This document shows positions 11,631 through 23,000 of a stretch of 41,489 bases of DNA, in pieces; the first letter of the stretch is position 1; the number at the start of each line of letters is the position of its first letter. The position numbers and the translations under genes were made by a program. Source of the DNA: Nemertoderma westbladi. Its lineage: Eukaryota; Animalia; Xenacoelomorpha. The notes under the pieces are model-generated. The model was not told the origin of the DNA. It did not search any database and saw nothing but the letters and a program-made list of their open reading frames with translations. The DNA is taken from the NCBI GenBank assembly GCA_032718475.1, contig JAUCBJ010003300.1:1-41489 (forward strand). Direction: 5' to 3'.

Positions 11631-12849
11631 AGAACAAGATAGGAGGAAGGCCATTACTGAACGAAACTAGTAACATCTTGTATAACGGCACTCACTTGAA
11701 TTGAGCATTTGTAAGGCCCCACCAATTGGGTGAGTGCGGGAAAGTTTGTGATGGCGGAGAGGTTAGTAGAGAAGAGAAAGGTGGAGAGAGAGTGAAACGG
11801 GCGAGACCGGGAGTGACGAGTCAAATCACCTCCTAGTGAGGGGGTTAAGACGCATCATGTAGACGAGCATATAATATAATATATATAATATATAATTATA
11901 ATAATTAATCATTATATATATAACTCGTATATATATTATATAATATATACCGTAGTCAAGTACAACCTTTTTCCAATTAGCTACTGGGACTGGGGCGGGG
12001 ACTAATTGACTAGAACGGCAGGACGAGACTTAGACGGATCCCACTAACATGATGCGCAGATGTGCGGGACCCAATAAGTGTATGGAGAATGAAAACGAAA
12101 ATGGGGAATCGGGGGAAGTATGGAGAGGAGGTGTTGACACGTCAGGAAGTAGAATAAGTGCAATTCAAGTGTGGGGAGTGAGCAGAGAGAGAAGAAGAGT
12201 CCCAAGGGACTGGAGAGAGAATAAGGGACAAGGAGGTCCGTGAGAGTGAGAGTAAGGGACAACGAGGTCTGTGAGAGAGAGAGTAAGGGACAGAGAGGTC
12301 CGAGAGTAAGGTTAGAGTGAGGTTGTAAAAATTGTATGGAGAGAGAGAGCACAGTTGTCTCAAACAGAGACACCAGATACCTTGGTGCAACATAGCTCGC
12401 GATTGCACCAAGGAGGGGTAGCAACAACACACCCAGGGGGGGCAGTCTGGAAAGCCGACCCCGAGAAAAGAACTCCACCCCACACCCGATATTAGATTGG
12501 GTTCCAGCGGAATTGAAGCGCACTTAAGGTTGATGCTATCTTCTCACCGGGAAGATAGCATGGGGGGGAGTGTAAGCGGATTCAATTCCATTGCACTATC
12601 CACCTTAGAATGGGACCAGTGGCATTTTTCCAATATAGTTGGGGATACGAGATTACCAATATTAATCTCGCCTCATAACCAACTTTGGGGGGGGGGGGGG
12701 CGACACAAGCCCTAAAGCCACAGAAAGAGGTGAGAGGTCAAACCACCTCGGAAGGAGAACAGCTAGTAGAGGCTAGCAGCAGGGGGAAACACTCACATGG
12801 AGTGCCAAAGTGACAATTAGTGTATTAGCCAATAGCGGGGAGGGAAGCA

Positions 12850-13249
12850 CGTGATTAGAGATATGAAAGCATCCACTGGGTACAGTGGGCCAAGTACAGT
12901 AAGAGGTGAAACCAATATCTGTGTGTATCAATCATATATTATTCTGCATTACTGATTTACCGGTCAGTTCATTAGTTACACAGTTGCAGACCGGTCATAG
13001 TTTATGACCGTCACCGCCACTAACATCACCAATTAATCTGTGCATTTCTGCTGTTATATTATTCTGTTGTTATCGTGATACCCATTACATACTGATTGTG
13101 CTATTATCGTTCGGAGTATTAATATTGAGAAGCAGAAACTCTATTATTTTCCCCGACGGCCTTCGGCCAAAAACGACTTAGTGCAACTGTCTAGCAGAAC
13201 GGTGATGCGTACAAATCTAACCCAGTTGGGATCTTACGATCCCGTCACA
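12850..13249 (+). repeat. Possible orphan LTR (~400 bp) preceded by a polypurine tract
   Basis: GCGGGGAGGGAAG at ~12835-12847, then (C)GTGA...; the segment ends GGGATCTTACGATCCCGTCACA, giving TGTGA/TCACA-type termini if the first base mutated. No second copy in the window. Confidence 0.3.
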
Positions 13250-13414
13250 TGCAGTTTCCAGATTTCTTATGAAACTCTATGTGTGACAGAAAAACCAGTT
13301 CGTTCAGTTCAAAATTGTACAAACAGTGCTCCATCTTGACCAGCCATTGGTAGATAATCATATGCCTGGTCTCCTATATATACTATTACGATTGGCATGC
13401 TGCATCGCAGCTGC

Positions 13415-13735
13415 ATTATATATATATATATTACATATATATTAAGAATACTGTGCCGGCTTGTCAACAAAATTGCGCTGCCATAACTCCCTTTCACCCA
13501 TGACATTTGCTAGATCATCCGCATCTTCAATGCCAGTATCCTTTAAGATGCGTCTCAAGAAAGTCATCGGCTGTCCACCATGCGTATTCACTCCATGAGG
13601 CTGCCAAAGCACAAGATTATGCACTGGCTGGTCCTCACGACGAAAGCAATGTCATGCAAAGCATAGGCGGCTTTGTTCTAGTGTCATGCTTGGGGGAACC
13701 AATGAGACACCTGCAATATTATATAGTGTCTGGTT
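13415..13735 (-). mobile_element. 3' end of an RTE/RTE-X-like LINE (ORF2 C-terminus plus TA-rich tail)
   Basis: The minus strand reads LEQSRLCFA*HCFRREDQPVHNLVLWQPHGVNTHGGQPMTFLRRILKDTGIEDADDLANVMGERELW. This matches the RL-x-FAGHC-x-R...LVLW-x-P-x-G...G-x-P...DTG...M-x-x-R-x-x-W tail of RTE-type ORF2, and is followed by a (TA)n-rich tract. Confidence 0.8.
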
Positions 13736-14793
13736 GGAGTTGTGTGCTTTGTGTGCCTCCTATATAGTATACACATGATGCCATATTACTCTCATATTGG
13801 TAGCGGGTAACTCACTTGATTTGAGTGACCTACCACCGGTTTTGGTATGCTTCAGGTGGGGAAACTGATGCTCCATTCATCTAGAAAATCTGAAGAAATG
13901 AATTTTATAAAAGATAATTACTTTTTATAATTGCCAGGAAAATTTCGAATATTAAATTGTGATACTTTTGAACACACAGTATTTTTCCAAATAATTACAA
14001 TTATTGCAAAAACATTCTTAGTTTATATACACCCAACATGTTATCGTGGGAGTTTTAATTTAGTCCACAAAGTTCTTGCCTAGGGCATCATTACCTAACA
14101 TAGCTGAAGAATATTATGACTCATATATAACAAGAATGTATTAAGTACCTTTGCAAAATGTTCACTATTCCTAGAGATAACATTCCTATGTACTCACATT
14201 TTCAATTAGTTCCACCCATATGCATTTATAAGGTCTTGCAAAAAATATCTTGCAATGGACATGTAAGCGAGAAGTCGCTTCTGCTGTGTAGGTCATGTAT
14301 TTAGATACATTACATTTATGTATAGCGGTATTTACCGCACAAATATAGTAGTTGCGGAGCTTCACACCAACAGCTTATTTCCATTAATTACTAGGAGCAT
14401 GTTGTGTTCGATGAACAGTAAGCATAATATGTCAGTGGGCAGTTGATACCGTTCTTTCATCACCATATGTGATTCTTCATTCCGTCAAGGTTGCTGATTG
14501 TATGTACATTGTACAGTTTTCCCCAATAATTACAGCCGTAAACCTTCAAGTTGTGGTATGTAGGGTAGGCAATCTAACTGTAGAAAATTGATCCATCCAT
14601 GCTGCTGGATAACAACAACAAGCACATGATGAGTGTTAGATACAATCGAGAATAATAAGGAATAACGGGATTATTTTATACAAGTGGGCTGTCAGGTCAC
14701 AAAAGGTTGAAAATAAATACCGATGGAATGGCGAAACAGCGGAGGGAACCCTAAGGCAAAATTCTTGGAAGTATTTTATAAGGGCACCACTCT

Positions 14794-14917
14794 TATATCC
14801 ATGGTTGAATACAACCACTATCTAACCCGATAGTTCACTCCGCGAGGAGAAGCCATATATCCATGGTTTAATACAACCACTATCTAACCCGATAGTTCAC
14901 TCCACGAGGAGAAGCCA
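14794..14917. repeat. 62-bp tandem duplication
   Basis: TATATCCATGGTT(G/T)AATACAACCACTATCTAACCCGATAGTTCACTCC(G/A)CGAGGAGAAGCCA at 14794-14855 and 14856-14917, with 2 differences. Confidence 0.93.
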
Positions 14918-16019
14918 AAGGTTCGAATTGAAGGAGGAATATCACTCTTAATGCTGGCAGCATTGCAGCATGCCGATTATAGAAGAACTTAGATAAGGAG
15001 GGCTAAGATTGATTAAACTTAAACTTATTATTACTCACAGCCTTGGTTGACTTGTGCAATAATTATATTATTATTTTTATTATTCATATGCTTTTACAAT
15101 GGGAATCTCAGCCAGAACTAGATAAAATAACGTTCATCAAACCCTACCCTCATCTTCACCCTGGACAATAGTGTTCCTTCACCTGCTGACAATCTTCTGA
15201 GTCGAGAAATAGTTCCTTGGAGGTATCTCATTGGTCCTCCACTGCTTTGCAGGACATAGATTTTGCCCTGACAGCCCATGACTTTCGCGAAAATCATGGG
15301 GATATAGATGTTATGGTTGCGCACTTTTGTCAACAAGCTGGCTTAGCATTCGTAATACACGCTTCATCACAGCAAGCCAATTGTGTACTATATGGTGGTG
15401 GCTCAATTATATTTTATGCTCAACCTCACAACCCTACACCCCCCCTCCTCCCTTAAAATCCTAAATAATAATTGTAACACGTTTGTCAAAGCAACAAATG
15501 TACTACAGTGTGTTTGCCTGTAATAATTTCCACCCAAATGAAATGTGACAGTACGATATTGTTTTATTTACATAATAATGCATCATTCTGACATTTGTCA
15601 TATCAAATAATTCATTGTCATCATTACTAGGCAGGAAATAATCACAGCATAATCATTTTTCCATATAAATTAATTTTACGGTGAAGAATATTTATTATTT
15701 TAACCAAATACTACATTGAACAATCGTTCATTATTATCCTACATTTTTTAAATAATAATATGCTGAAAGCTCGAGTAATATTTAAAATAATAAGGCTATA
15801 AAACATTGAATAACCTCGTTGTATTCACTACAGAACAGCACTATTTACTAAATAAGTACTTAAACTATGGCATGATCTCTGAAAAGCAATAACTTTCCAG
15901 TATGTAGTGTCTAGTATTACGGAAGCCCATAAGGGCCACATTATATTAACTTCAAATCCAGTGGAGTATCAGCAGTATAAAAGAGTGTGCATGAAAACGG
16001 ACTTTTCATTCAAATTTTG

Positions 16020-16550
16020 TAACCATATATCTAAATCTATCTTTCGCTACCTGCCATAAATCAGGAACACATGACCAATCCCGCAAATTGCTGACATAAT
16101 CTTAGTAACCAGCAATGTCTGAGTTTTGGGTGTTTTTATGAGCACGCAGGTCAGTCTTAATATTATCTGATACCTCCTCGAGTTTTACATGGTTGACTTC
16201 CATCACATTATTCTTTCATCCACGATAATTCGGGTAATTCCAATTAAGGAAGGGTTTGCTTCAAATAGTGTCATACTGAGATATCCGTATGTAATGTGTG
16301 TTCCAGTGCAGGGCATGATCAGAGAGTTGGTGATCTAGTAAAGGCGAGAAACATAACCATATGAGTTGTCGGTGAATGTCAACCACGCCTCAATACGTTG
16401 GTTCCTACTAGACTTAACATATCGATGGGCTTTCTCGTGACCTCTAAAATGGCTCAGGGCTGCAGCCATGTCCCTATTCTCAGTTCCATGGTCAGTCTCG
16501 ACATGCCATGGTACACCAAACTTAGAAACAGCACTAAGGTAATGATGGTC
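16020..16550 (-). pseudogene. IS3EU-like (integrase-core DDE) DNA transposase remnant
   Basis: YLSAVSKFGVPWHVETDHGTENRDMAA...RG...HRYVKSSRNQRIEAW shows the G-x-P...D-x-G-x-EN and NQRIE-x-W motifs. Further along in a shifted frame: LDHQLSDHALHWNTHYIRISQYDTI*SKP...YVSNL..PDLWQVAKDRF, with stops. Confidence 0.75.
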
Positions 16551-16586
16551 ACAAATGGATCCTCCTCGCAGGATGCGAGGAGGATC

Positions 16587-18263
16587 TGTTAGAATACCAA
16601 CTGTTCGAATAAACAGTGCAGACATCGACGATCAGCGACGGTTCACGAGCATGCCAATAGGGAGTGTAACTCGTAAAAAAACACATTGAACACGAGAGTA
16701 CTGTAGATCAAATAATAAACAGCAGAACGGTATGCTGTAGGCCAGAGGTTGGGGATGCGAGTGAGGCACGAGAAATGCAAGCCTCCCCTCTAAACCCAGA
16801 GACAGCAGCTTATGTACCGGTAGGCAGAAATATGTCTGGTAGGCCTATACCGGTACCGGCGGAACAGTAAAATCACCCATTGGGGTTTAATCATAGAGTT
16901 GTGGTAGATAGAAATATTCCTTGTAATGTACCAGCTAGGCCTATTTACGATAACGTTACAGCAGGACAATATTAATAATATAAATATGCAACAAATAAAT
17001 ATTTGTGGAAATGGTACAGAAGTACAGTACTATAATACTAATGTAAATAATTTAGTTGAAAATCATTTACTGATACAAATAAAAAATCCACAATATAATC
17101 CATACAGCACAACATATAATGTTGAACAAAATAATGCATGAAATCCACGCATTTACAATGAAAGCAAATATAAATACAAGTGCAAGGACAGTATACACCG
17201 ATGTATGGGAGGATGGTTTACTACTGATGAGATACCCGGTAAGGAGACAACAAGGGGCAGGCCAGCCATACAATGGGGCAGGGCTATGCAGGCAACTCAT
17301 AAGGCAACATTAATTACAATCCGACTATGAATGTGCAGAATAACAGCATGGAACAGCAGACCTTGGGAATGGTTTCGTTATAGAGGCACTAAAGACCAGT
17401 ATTGAGTAGCCAGCAGTCGAACCATTCAAGATCGATGGTAGTAGGCCAGAGGAGTACATCCAGTTTAGAAGAATGTATTAATGTATAGTAACGAAATTTT
17501 AACGAAGAGACTAACTCAAGCAGAGTGTCTGAAATATTTTCAACTATTTCTGGCGGGACCAGCCTATGATATAGTGCAACAACACCAAAGCATGAAGGGA
17601 GGATTTCTTGCTGCTTGGGATTCATTAGATAGCGAATATGGACATCCAGCAAAAATAATATGGCAGACACTAAAGACAATAACAACAACATCAGTAGCGG
17701 ATAGTCCAACTAATAAAAAAACATTCGCAAATAAAATAAAGAAAGCACTTATTACACTAAAAACACTTGAAACAACATATGAGTTGAACTCATCCCAGAA
17801 CATACTGTACTTATGGTGGTTGAAGCACTACCAAAGTGGATTAGGAATAAGTGGAGAGAAGAAAGAAGCTTTCAAGATACGAGTGAATAAGGGAGCATAA
17901 CCGGGTCTGGAAGAATTATCAAAATTCTTGAGTCACCAAGCAGAAGTAATAATGGACCCGATATATGGGGAGAAAAATCTAACTAAACCCATTAAAACAG
18001 AATATAAACAACGAGTAGAACATAGAACAGGAATTCCAATGCTAAAGCAACAACAATTACTTCCATATGTAAGTATACAGAGAGAAGGGTACAAATCAGC
18101 ATATCAAGGAAGGAACTTCAACAACAACCTTCAACATAGAACGCAGGGAGAGGACCCAAAGAGAAGAAAACTAAACGTTCCATATGATCCTAGAGTAACG
18201 TGTCAAATACATGAACCAAATGGATGGCTATATCACTAGGGAAGAGATGCGTTTAGACATCGC
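16587..18263 (+). mobile_element. Degenerate BEL/Pao element B, 5' part (possible LTR remnant plus gag), interrupted by element C
   Basis: 17380-18240 encodes LKTSIE*PAVEPFKIDGSRPEEYIQFRR/MYSNEILTKRLTQAECLKY...GHPAKII...MDPIY, clearly homologous to element A 6985-7866. The left boundary is tentative (TGTTAG at 16587, AATAAA near 16608, GTAAAAAAAC at 16673). Confidence 0.8.
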
Positions 18264-19814
18264 TGTCAACCAACGCTCTAACATTTCCTTTAACATTCAC
18301 TTTATATCACTCGATTTACTTTACCTCACTCGCTTTACCCGCCTTTAATCGATTTCTCTCTCTCTCTCCCTGTCTCTCTCTCACTGTCTCTCTCTCACTC
18401 TCTCTCTCTCACTCTGTGTTAATTACTTTCACTTTCTTACTAACTCCACACGTGAGTTGATTGTGGTAGTACTTGACCTCACCCTCTCAATTACTTTCAC
18501 TTTCTTACTAACTCCACACGTGAGTTGATTGTGGTAGTACTTGACCTCATCCTCTCAATTACTTTCACTTTCTTACTAACTCCACCCACACGTGAGTTGA
18601 TTGTGCTAGTACTTGACGCCCTGCCCTCTCTTATTTTCGCCTCAGTTATGTATTTATCGTTTTGTCCCAAAATTGTAATACTCACTTCGTCTCCAAATTA
18701 TGTCATTGTTGTCGCTGGTATTTTAATCAAAAGGTTCGCATGTTTGCATACTTGTACACACACATATCGAAAAACTAGGCTTTCATTTCCGTAGATTGAC
18801 CAGTCTATCTATAGCAGAAACTAACAAAATTCCTTGACTTGGTGCGGCACCCTCAATATAATCTGACCATTTAAATCACCAAAATACGTACTACACACCC
18901 ATCCATCTTACTAACATAATCATTCGTACAGTACGTGGACTCGGGTTACAGCGGGATTCCACATTTCATTCATATAATAAACCCCCCAAGTCTTGTCTTA
19001 CTAACATGATCATTTTGTACAGTACGTGGACTCGGGTTGCAGCGAGATTCCACTTATCATTCACTTAACAAGCCCCCCCCCTCAGTCCCACTAACATTAT
19101 CAAGTACTGTAAGTGGCCCCAGGTTAAAGCGGGCTGCCACATGTTCATTCATATAACCACCCCTCTCTCGATATATACTGACATTATATTATATAATTAA
19201 TAATAATAACCCTTCACAACGCCCATCAACCTCAAACAGAATTATTGAATCTCTGCACATTCATTGGTCGAATCTACTAATTTGTTAGCCCTAGTATGCC
19301 CGTCATGTGTTACATCAATGCAAACCTCATGTTTTAGGCCTGACCCCCTCCATTCAGCATCTTGACCTCCTGTTATCACCTCGCGATGTAATAATTTACC
19401 ATTATATACTTCGTTCTGAGCAATTTCGTCTGTCTTGCTATTTTCTCCACCGGTTGTCACAAATTGTTTTTTACCGCTCGCTCGCTCGCTCGCTCGCTCA
19501 CTCCCCATCCGCTCGCTTGCACGCCTTTTCATTCGTCCCATTTCATTTACTTTGATAACACTTTATTTCTGCTGATCTTTGTAACCACATATACTCGAAG
19601 TAAATGTTTCATTCATTTCCCCTCCCCTTATTTTATCAATATTTTTACTGCGTTATCGAAATATATTATGTTATTTATTAGTGCTTTTATTGTCCACATT
19701 TCATTATCATAACTGCCCGTAATTTGTAAATACAAAACGATTGAACGCGAGCGCGTTAATAAAGAAACTCAATTTTGCAACCGAAACCTCCCTTGAGTGT
19801 CCCAATGATAGACA
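18264..19814 (+). repeat. 5' LTR of element C (1551 bp)
   Basis: TGTCAACC...GATAGACA, repeated at 27590-29138. Contains a (CT)n tract, 3x68-bp and 3x~89-bp internal repeats, (CTCG)n, and AATAAA at 19758-19763. Confidence 0.98.
19758..19763 (+). terminator. Probable polyadenylation signal in the LTR (also present in the 3' LTR copy)
   Basis: AATAAA about 50 nt before the LTR end, the usual R/U5 position. Confidence 0.55.
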
Positions 19815-20059
19815 CTTTCAGTAAAAAACAATTTTCTTTTCCACCGGCATCTTAGTTCTGTAGTTAGTGCTTAGGACGTTTTCAAACAAACACACTGTTG
19901 TAGCCTAGTGCCTACGGTTTTGACAGTGGACCTATTACAGTATTAGTGTAGCTGGGCCTACATTCCAGTACTGCCTACTGCACTGCACTGTACTGCCATA
20001 CACCAGTACACCGTAGGCCTACGCCAGTCAGCCAGTACGCATCAGCCTGACAGCCCGCC

Positions 20060-23000
20060 ATGGCTACTGCTACCGGTAGCCAACACCAACTCGACGAGGA
20101 TGCTTCTTCCTCCATCACTTCTGACCACGGTGGCTCTCCAAATGTCGACGATTCGCGAGCTCTCGATTCGCGTGCTCTGAGTGGACTTAAATCTTCATTT
20201 ACACGCGCCCACAACGCACTCGCCTACCACCTCTCGCTAACCGGCCCTGTAGAGGACGGCTTAATAGAAGCGTCGTTCAACACTTTCAAACTATCATTCG
20301 GTAAGTACCGGAGCAAAACACATCAAATTTTACTTATCCCTAACTTTCGGGCTCTGAATAATACACTTTATAACAAATTCACACATGATTATGCCGAGGC
20401 TGAAGCCCGGTATTATCAACTGGAGCGCAAATATGCCGATTATCAGGAGGATGCACAAAGTGAATCTATCCCCGTAGTAGACCCACCAAATCTTCCTTCA
20501 GAACGGGCAAGGAGGACTTCGCTCGCACTGCCCCACCCAACGGCAACAGGTAACATAAATAATTATCATGGTGATTTTACACTAACCCCCCTAGGTGACG
20601 AAACATCTAGTGCGGGACCGAGACACGTCCGTCGTTCCCTCACGACAGCCTGCATAGATGAGTATCACAATCCCACACCTTTTCGTGGCTTTTCATCACC
20701 GGACCTAACTTTACTAAACGCAAATGTAGGCTTACAGAGCAATGAAATAGGCCTACCGGTATCGGCACCAGATAACCCTAATCCCAATAGGGAAACATGT
20801 GACCAGGAATTATTAACTGATTTTTTAAACGCCTCTAGAGATTTCGTAATCCATAACGAATCTGGGTTTCAAAATACAATTAGGCCTATCATGCCTATAG
20901 ACCTACCGGTTGAGTACAATAAAAATAACCCATTACCGGTACCTGCAGCACTGTCAGTACTGGTAGTTAACGACCATTTAAATCTAGGCGTCAGTGTGAA
21001 TAATTCGAACAACACTGATGCGAGTCCCTTAGTTTCCCCTCAGGTTCCAGTCTCGACTTCGGTCAACTTAGTGGGGATTCCCTCCAACCCCTTGAGTGTT
21101 GTGAACTCTGTCACACAGGACAACCCCCAGACGAAAACTGTGGAAACTCAAAACGGTAATATTGGTAATCAGGTAAAGTCGAGAATAGTAGACGTGAACC
21201 CTGGAGATTCGGTAAGTCAAATAAACTCTCACCCCACGATCTCAGCCGTCCCCAGTTCTAAACTGAGTGGATTAGCTCGCGCTACTCGACTCAAACTTAT
21301 GAAATATAAGGCACAAATGCAAACGTACCAACATTTAGACGAATTATCTAAGAGGAGTAAGCAGATTCAACGCGATGCAAAATGCAGAGAGCTAGAACTG
21401 GAGGCGGAATTTTACGCAAACGAAATTAATGAACAAAACCGAAACAGCATTGTTACTATATGTAGTGGTCCCACTCCTACTATACCGGTACCAATTACTA
21501 CCTTATCCACCGACAATATCCCAACAACCACGCCTATTGTAACTCTACCATCCCCTTACCCCTGCACTACCCAGTCATTTCCCCCCTCGCTACCCTCACA
21601 ACCTATGACTGTGACGACACGTCCCAGCATCAACATCACCACCGCTATCCCAATAGTTTGCTCGACTAATCACCCCCTTGTCACTGCTCACAAAACCACG
21701 CAAGCTGTGGTCCTCCCGCATACCGTGAGTTGTGTACCCGCATCCTTGCCATCAACTTTGAACCCTGATGTCGCACCCTTTAACCCCCCGACTGTAGAGT
21801 CATTGGCAACATTCCAACATCTACCATCTGTACCTACCAACCACTCGGCAGATCCATTGGTTAACTTTGGTAATATTTGCCCTTCTACTCTGTCAGCCCG
21901 ACCTTTAAATAGTCACACGAATCACCAGCAATCATCTGCACTAACATTACCCAACCCTAACACCATCAGTAACCATCACACACTCTCATCCCAAACTCCC
22001 GTCCCCACCGTTCCTCACCATTCACTCGATTACAAATCTGACTCAACTATTCCTAGTCCCCTTGCTGGTAGCCTCAACTCAGAACAATCTGCCCTCCTAA
22101 AGTTGACGTTACCCACATTGCAACCATCCAAATTCGACGGCAAGTTACTAGACTATGTCCAGTTTAAGCAGACATTCTACGACCTTATAGACTCTAAACC
22201 TATCCCTGACAATGAGAAACATATCTATCTCATACAGTTCACAGCTGGCGAACCCCGCCGCGTTGCTGAGTTATACCGCAGCTCAGACAATGGGTATACA
22301 CTCGCTTGGGCCCAACTCGACAAGGGGTATGGACACCCCAGGGAAGTCTCAAGGTCTATCTTGAACCAGCTGACCCAGGGCCCTAGACTGAACCTCACGG
22401 TATCCGACTTATTAAAGTTTATCGACGATATATCTATTAGCCACGCCACCCTGGAATCCATTGGTAGTTCGACCCGGTTGAATGACCCCAGCAATATGGA
22501 TCTCTTAGCTTCCAGGCTGCCTATCGAACTGGTTAATCGCTGGACCCGCCACGCAACCAAACTTCATACTAACAAACGAGTGGAACCTCAGGTCTCTGAT
22601 CTTGTCAACTTCCTAGACCAGGAAGTCAGCGTATTGAATTACTATGGCACTGGTAAACCAAAGACCCGACCCCCAGCTAGCTTTCCGGCACTCACCTCAG
22701 CAGTACCGAAACAAGTTAGGACTACGTCTACAACCCCTCTTAGACCTAGCCTTCCTCCCAATGCTCCTCAGTTACCCATAGATGGTGCACAAACCACCAG
22801 TGCCACCAGCCAGAATAGACTTCACTGCATGTACTGCGATGGAGGTCATAAAATCTATGGCTGTGATTCCTTCCTAAACCTCACATATCATGATAAAGAT
22901 AACTTCGTTGCAAATTATCCTTCCCATGACATGTGCCGCAACTGCCTTGGACGAGGCCATTTGACCACTGACTGCTTGTCTAAATATACATGCAAGACGT

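Noticed and set aside
14835-14917. HDV-like ribozyme suggested by CTCCTCGC(G/A)G motifs (also near 3450 and 16562)
   Set aside because: The L3-like string is present, but I could not build P1, P1.1 and P2 around any of the three sites.
14400-15460. Host exons or a BED-finger-like remnant in short ORFs
   Set aside because: Only vague resemblance with multiple stops and no consistent exon chain.
18907-19165. Hammerhead, twister or SECIS identity for the LTR hairpin repeats
   Set aside because: No CTGANGA/GAAA core, no twister UAA...AAGC arrangement, and no SECIS quartet pairing on either strand.
18497-19712. Small ORFs duplicated at 27823-29036
   Set aside because: They lie within the LTRs, are duplicated only because the LTR is, and derive from repeats and microsatellites.
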